Positions 58,801 to 64,000 of a stretch of DNA of 64,000 bases are shown piece by piece (the first letter of the stretch is position 1; every line of letters begins with the position of its first letter). Under the pieces are notes generated by a model. That model was not told the DNA's origin, did not search any database, and was given only the letters and a program-made list of their open reading frames with translations. The position numbers and the translations under genes were made by a program. Source of the DNA: Tubiluchus corallicola (lineage: Eukaryota; Animalia; Priapulida); NCBI GenBank assembly GCA_030141605.1, contig JAQGDQ010000204.1, positions 62,001 to 126,000 of the forward strand, in the 5' to 3' direction.

Positions 58801-61800
58801 ACTATGTTCAATAACGATTTGACTCAGTGAAAAGTAAGGATGTGCGTTGTCCTTGACAACGCATTTTGCACGTTTTTTGGCATGAAATATATGCCAATGT
58901 AACTATCATATTTCTAAGTAAGAAATGTTAAATTGATTAGAATAAAGAAATTAACTAACATGTGTAAGGGCTGCAATAAAATTCCTATTCAAATGCACAG
59001 CTTCATATAGAGCGAGTAGGATAGCATCTTTCCCACGAATGCTTTGCGCATTGAAACTTGAACCATTCTCTTCAGCCACAAACATACTACCAACCTAAAT
59101 TGTAAAAACCTAGATAGTTAAATTGTTTAAGATAATTAACTCTAATTTACATGACATTTTATATTTTTATTATCATAATTTTACTCTTATGTCATACCCA
59201 AAATTTGATGACTTCCTATCCAACAACTTTATTTCATTAAAAAACGTCTTAATACGTCAATATCTGCAGAAGGTATCAGTAATACAAACAAGTCAGCCTT
59301 CCTAACACACTACAAGCAGTTAGCGAGTGCAATAGTACAAATATATTCTACATCACTACACACTGATCCTTCGGGTTTATAAGGAAATGATGAGCTGGGT
59401 TTCACACTTATGTGTGAGACGCTCCACCACCAAAAAAACTTGTTACGTTTCTATGGTGCGGAAAATGCTCTGATCCCAACACGAAGGTGAAGTTTGTACA
59501 AACACGGTTATCAAAATGCAGACACAGGAAAATGCTGAAAATAAAGCATATAAGTGCACTTACTATACTTGTTAATGCAGAGAAGTAACCTTGCTGTTGT
59601 TCTGGTTGTCTTTTTGCAAAATCTCGATTGAAATCTGACAAGGAGTTAGATAAAACATGCCCAAATCCCTAAAATTAGCAGTAACATAATGGATAACTCA
59701 ATTATCAATAGCAAAGCATTGTAAAAATATGATGCATTGTCGCGATGCTGATTTTTACAGCTAAGTTGTTATTATTTACACTAACTTTATACTTTACATT
59801 ACTTAATGAAAACAGAGTACTGGCCGCATACGTAACACTACATTAGCAATGACTAAAAGTGACTACAACAATTCAATTCAATTAAAAAGAAAGCCAGGGT
59901 GGAGAAAAACCATATGGCCACTGAGCATCCACCCTCACTCAAAATACTGATATAATTGTCTTAGTCAGTGGCGTTAGTAACAGCACCTCTGATTATTGTT
60001 ATTAGTTGAAATTAAGTATTCAGCAGCAGGAAATATAATTACAGTACAGCATGATATTTATTTATTTATTTATTATTATTATATCATATAATTAGAAGAC
60101 TTTCTAAATTCATTTCTAAATGGCTTATACTGTGTTCATTAATTTTCATCTAAGAGCCGTCGGTTGGTAGATGCAACATCTTTGCTATTGTTACAGGCCC
60201 TGCATATCGATTTTTGGAATGTGGGCAAATTCTCATTGAAGTTTAAATGTGCAATCACCAGTAGCAGTAATTAATATAGAAATAATACTGACAATCTACA
60301 TTAAAATTTACAATGCTTACATTAAGTGCAAGTTCGTCATCAAGTATAGAGAGTTTAACAATGTATGGATTGGCAGACTCGTACTTTCTGTAATTAACCA
60401 ACACAGCTAAAAGCAGAACCGCATCCTCACCATGCTGCTGGCGATCAATGGGCGTGGCTAATAACTACAAATAATAAAACCTAAATAAATTCTTTAATTT
60501 AATAACTAATGAAGTATGAACAGATTTTTTTATTTAATAAAACTATATAATGAAGTAAATTGTTATCGCAAAAGGCAATTTATAGTAGTGAAACCAGAAA
60601 ATAATTTGTGCTATAAAAAATCTGTGGCGCTTAACTATAATAACAATCAACTTTATTTATAAGCTCGATAGCCACACAGGAATAATTTAGTAATGTAACG
60701 CTGTAACCTGGTAGTTATGAAACAATATTATAAAAAAAGTAAGGTTTGGTACTATCACAAAGAAATATTCCAATAAAGTAAGTTTAAGAACAATAAAATG
60801 CAAACGAAAATACCTGTGTAACAGATTCGAACACACTATTCAGCATCAGATACTCTAGAATTGTATTTTGACTCACATTGTCAGTTGCCTGAAAAAAGAA
60901 AATTAAAAACATTAACAAAACAAAAAACAAAATCACCCTTTTTGCCAAATTTTTTCATGCACTATTGTATTTGGCAAGAAAAATTATGTGATAGCTTCAG
61001 AATCAAGGCACAAATACAAATATGAATGTACAATATAATCAAATAATTGTTTCTACTCACCGTTACTAACACCAGTAATAACTTGAGTGACAAACTTTTC
61101 AAACCAACAGGACATTCAGATGTAAGAAAGGAGTTTATGCATTCTAGCAGTGTCTGAAAGAAAACATGAAGCTATTCAAAAGAACAATGGAATTATGAAA
61201 GCAAGTATCATGTTTTTTGGTGTTCATATAACACTATAGTAGCACGTATAATCAATAATTAACCAAACGACTAGAAAGAATGAGGCAGCTAGGATTTGTA
61301 CCTAGTGTCTCCCTCCTAGAATGAATGCACCATTAAGTTACTTGTTGAACATGCATAGACTGTTAAATTTACCGATTCTAACTACCCACAGTTCAATATT
61401 TAAGGTCTATTATAAATCATTGCCAGCTAATTTTATTAAACTGATCAGTTTTGTACTAATATGGAGAGATGGCTCTAATTGATGAAAATTGGACTTGCCC
61501 TTTTACCAAAAAAAAACAACTAAGAATTATATATAACTAAGAGTGACCTTTCAAATATTGCAGAAAACAATTAAGTAAACGTTCTTTGAACAGCAGATGA
61601 CAAACTTCGCCAATATTCAAGATCAAACTAAATTAACCTGCATGATATTCTCAGCACAGTCAAATCCAATCAAAACATCAATGACATCAAAGCCATAATT
61701 GGATAGATTATGTCGATAAACGCCACGAATCAGTGCACATAAAGTCTGCAATGCATGTACTACACGAATCTGATAATCCTCCTTTAATGTCACCATGCAT

Positions 61801-62870
61801 TTGTAGAAGAGATTATTAATATTCTCCTGTAATTACAAGAAAAACACTGTGCATTATTTTTAAACACTAGATTGACTTACCACACCACAGAGTTAAATGC
61901 TGAATCCTAACAACACAGAGAAAGCAAGTTCATCTAATAAAACTACAATTTATAATCAATAAGATCAAGAACTCATGTGTGAATATGCAAACTTTGTGAA
62001 TGCATAGCAAAGAAAATTTAAACAATTAATTACGCTATGCAGGTTAAAACACACTTAAGGAATATTACACTCACAGTCAACATACCTTTAAACGAATTAA
62101 CTGTTCAGCACTAAGTTTCTCTAACTCTGCTTCAATAAAAGCTGAATTCACCTGCAACATTAACAAGACATTAGACACTTTGCAGAAAGTACCATAGTTG
62201 CTCAGGTATTTACAAAAATAATACTAGTTTAGTATCAAGCCAATCCCAGACTGATTGTGATTAGCACTGATTTAGCGTAATGTTTTAATTCGCCCACCAA
62301 ATTAATGAATCAAGAGACTATCCAAACTATAACCTCCATCTGCCGAAAAAATGTCACATTTTCTGTAACAATATCATTTGTATCTTTGTTATCCTATCGC
62401 AATGCATTGGCATGAAACATTTTAGTTGCTAATTTAACCAATCGTGATTAAATTATCTTGGTCAAATTAATTAATTGCATGATGGAATAAACTTAAAGTC
62501 TGCCTTGATCACAGGGCCTGTGTGGACAAATGGCCATGACTCTTGTAATCCATAGTTTCCTGGTTAAAATCTAGACTTATTCCTTGATTTTTTCACATTT
62601 CCCCCTTTGTCCAATTTAGATTCCTAACTGTATGAAATAATAATTGCATGTTAACTGCATCAATAATCGATCACCGTATCATTAAGACTAAAATAACTAA
62701 ACAATTAGAACCTGTGCGAGAACATAAACTGTGACTAGAAGTTTCAACAGTAATGCAATTCTGTGAATTATGGTACTTAAAAATGACATTTACAGTAACC
62801 CATGAGCACGTACCTTCAATAGAAATAATTCATCCCAGAATCCAGGATTTCCTAATGATGGATCCTCACC
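49724..62870 (-). CDS. ARMH3: Armadillo-like helical domain-containing protein 3 (C10orf76 orthologue), 18 coding exons visible (642 aa), 5'-incomplete (gene span)
   Basis: Phase-consistent GT-AG exons translating to [77 protein letters not shown], all matching human C10orf76 as recalled; about 35 N-terminal residues not found in the window. Confidence 0.95.
49939..50759. mobile_element. Tc1/mariner-pogo (Tigger-like) MITE in last ARMH3 intron
   Basis: TA|CAGTCGAACTTCGTTAT ... ACAAAGAGGTTGGACTG|TA, imperfect TIRs with TA target duplication. Confidence 0.7.
51630..51816 (-). mobile_element. tRNA-derived SINE with Meta/MESC-like central domain
   Basis: On -: GGTATAGTTTAGTAGT (A box), GAGTTCGATAC (B box), then GGGTCATACCAGAGACTATGAAAATGGTACCTGCTGTTACCCTGCCTGGCAC. 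Confidence 0.75.
52090..52206 (-). CDS. ARMH3: ARMH3 exon
   Basis: [30 protein letters not shown]...FTQL. Confidence 0.96.
52534..52688 (-). CDS. ARMH3: ARMH3 exon
   Basis: ALRYTS...[30 protein letters not shown]. Confidence 0.96.
53081..53207 (-). CDS. ARMH3: ARMH3 exon
   Basis: [42 protein letters not shown]. Confidence 0.97.
53811..53893 (-). CDS. ARMH3: ARMH3 exon
   Basis: [28 protein letters not shown]. Confidence 0.94.
54727..54815 (-). CDS. ARMH3: ARMH3 exon
   Basis: [29 protein letters not shown]. Confidence 0.96.
55038..55168 (-). CDS. ARMH3: ARMH3 exon
   Basis: PMRHRK...[28 protein letters not shown]. Confidence 0.96.
55210..55564. mobile_element. degenerate mariner-like MITE
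   Basis: TA|CAAGATGTTTCAAAAGTC ... GACTTTTTTTGAGTACACCCAG|TA, weak TIR match. Confidence 0.4.
55652..56301. mobile_element. Tc1/mariner-pogo (Tigger-like) MITE in ARMH3 intron
   Basis: TA|CAGTAAGTCTTCGCCTA ... TAAGCGAGGACTTACTG|TA, 15/17 TIR match. Confidence 0.85.
56521..56645 (-). CDS. ARMH3: ARMH3 exon
   Basis: [25 protein letters not shown]...[11 protein letters not shown]. Confidence 0.96.
57318..57398 (-). CDS. ARMH3: ARMH3 exon
   Basis: [27 protein letters not shown]. Confidence 0.93.
58473..58536 (-). CDS. ARMH3: ARMH3 exon (Ser/Thr/Pro linker)
   Basis: [21 protein letters not shown], phase 0 to 1. Confidence 0.85.
58960..59094 (-). CDS. ARMH3: ARMH3 exon
   Basis: VGSMFVAEE...[22 protein letters not shown]. 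Confidence 0.96.
59564..59668 (-). CDS. ARMH3: ARMH3 exon
   Basis: [15 protein letters not shown]...GYFSALTSI. Confidence 0.94.
60321..60464 (-). CDS. ARMH3: ARMH3 exon
   Basis: LLATP...[26 protein letters not shown]. Confidence 0.96.
60814..60888 (-). CDS. ARMH3: ARMH3 exon
   Basis: [25 protein letters not shown]. Confidence 0.95.
61061..61153 (-). CDS. ARMH3: ARMH3 exon
   Basis: [10 protein letters not shown]...[14 protein letters not shown]. Confidence 0.93.
61638..61826 (-). CDS. ARMH3: ARMH3 exon
   Basis: ENINNLF...[17 protein letters not shown]...[10 protein letters not shown]. Confidence 0.95.
62086..62151 (-). CDS. ARMH3: ARMH3 exon
   Basis: [22 protein letters not shown]. Confidence 0.92.
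62814..62870 (-). CDS. ARMH3: ARMH3 exon (first visible)
   Basis: [19 protein letters not shown]. Confidence 0.93.
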
Positions 62871-64000
62871 CTAAAACAGAAAAAAACCACAAAATATACA
62901 GAAAAAATCAAGGAAAAGTAGACTCTACCATTAGTAAATTTAACTAATCAACTAATTTTTAATTATAATTTGATTAATTTTAGAAAGACTCAAAAAATTA
63001 AAAAACTAAGCTAAAATACACACGGCATACAAAACTTACACGATTATTATTAAACTGGATCAGGAGTTTAATTGGGCTAGGCTTCAAGTCAGCATGTACC
63101 GGAATTGGTACATTCATGATTTCCCGAACCAAGTATCACTGACGGTCAGCAGGTTACCAAATCAATCACGCAAATTAGGTAACAATAAATTGAAAGCGTT
63201 ACAGGTTTATTTCGATGTCATTGTAAGCTTAAAACAAAAATCTGCAGGCTTTTCTCACACAACCACACTTGTATCCTGGTCCAAAAAGGATGCAAAAAGT
63301 GCACAATAACCAGTAGAGAAATGTAACAATTTACTGACTGTAGTTACACAGATATACCACATCAGATATTCTACTTGGCATATTATTCATATATAAACAA
63401 GCTGCAACACAGCGAAGGCAACTGACCAATAACAGATCACAGTTCAAGGCATGGTCAATTGTAATAACACTGCACAAATACACAATAAAATCTATAAGGA
63501 ATACAGACTTATCGGACAGACAACAACGTATCACCGCTTCAAACAGCTACATCGGCTTATACTTTCATGCGTCATGCATTATTTTTGGGGTGTACCTAAA
63601 AGTTAGTATTTTTTACACAGTCTCAGACAGAGAGACAAAAAAAATCAAACGTGATCAGCTTGATGCATGCATGTCAAAGACAGATAACATATATTTGCTT
63701 TAAATTGGTATATTTATATATGTATGCACTGACGGCAGGAAATCTGAACTTACAACAGATTTGTACACAGTTCAAGAAAGTATGCAAATATAAGCATATA
63801 ATATAATATTATAATCTCTGCTTGGCATGACTTAAGATTAGACAGGTTAAATTAAACAAGATGCAATTTTTGATTTTTTATATATTTCAACAACTTCAGT
63901 CAGAAATCCTGCATTCAGAGGCAAAGCCTACTCAATGAAATGTTTGTGGGGTAACTGCAGCCAGGCCCGTTATCAAGGATATCCCACTAACAAGAGCCAC

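Noticed and set aside
62881-64000. First coding exon of ARMH3
   Set aside because: No segment with the expected KEKxVxxY-like N-terminal motif and a phase-0 donor was found; it probably lies beyond the window.

Overview
AT-rich, intron-rich animal (probably invertebrate) genomic DNA; most entries in the six-frame ORF track are artefacts of introns and microsatellites. Manual splicing recovers three protein-coding genes. (1) A 19-exon M13-family (neprilysin/ECE-like) type II membrane zinc metallopeptidase on + (4303-37928, 821 aa) with an 18.4-kb TE-filled first intron. (2) An intronless mitochondrial ribosome-binding factor A (RBFA) on - (47144-48238). (3) An ARMH3/C10orf76 orthologue on -, 18 coding exons visible (49724-62870), whose first coding exon was not found in the window. 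Introns and intergenic DNA hold LINE remnants, tRNA-derived SINEs, hAT-, piggyBac- and Tc1/pogo-type MITEs, a Helentron-like element and many microsatellites. The most unusual item is a decayed, internally deleted LTR element (about 39694-42200, -) carrying Gypsy-like gag remnants and a 100-codon Cys-patterned fragment resembling an F-type envelope glycoprotein that the ORF track misses. Family assignments come from remembered motifs, not database searches.
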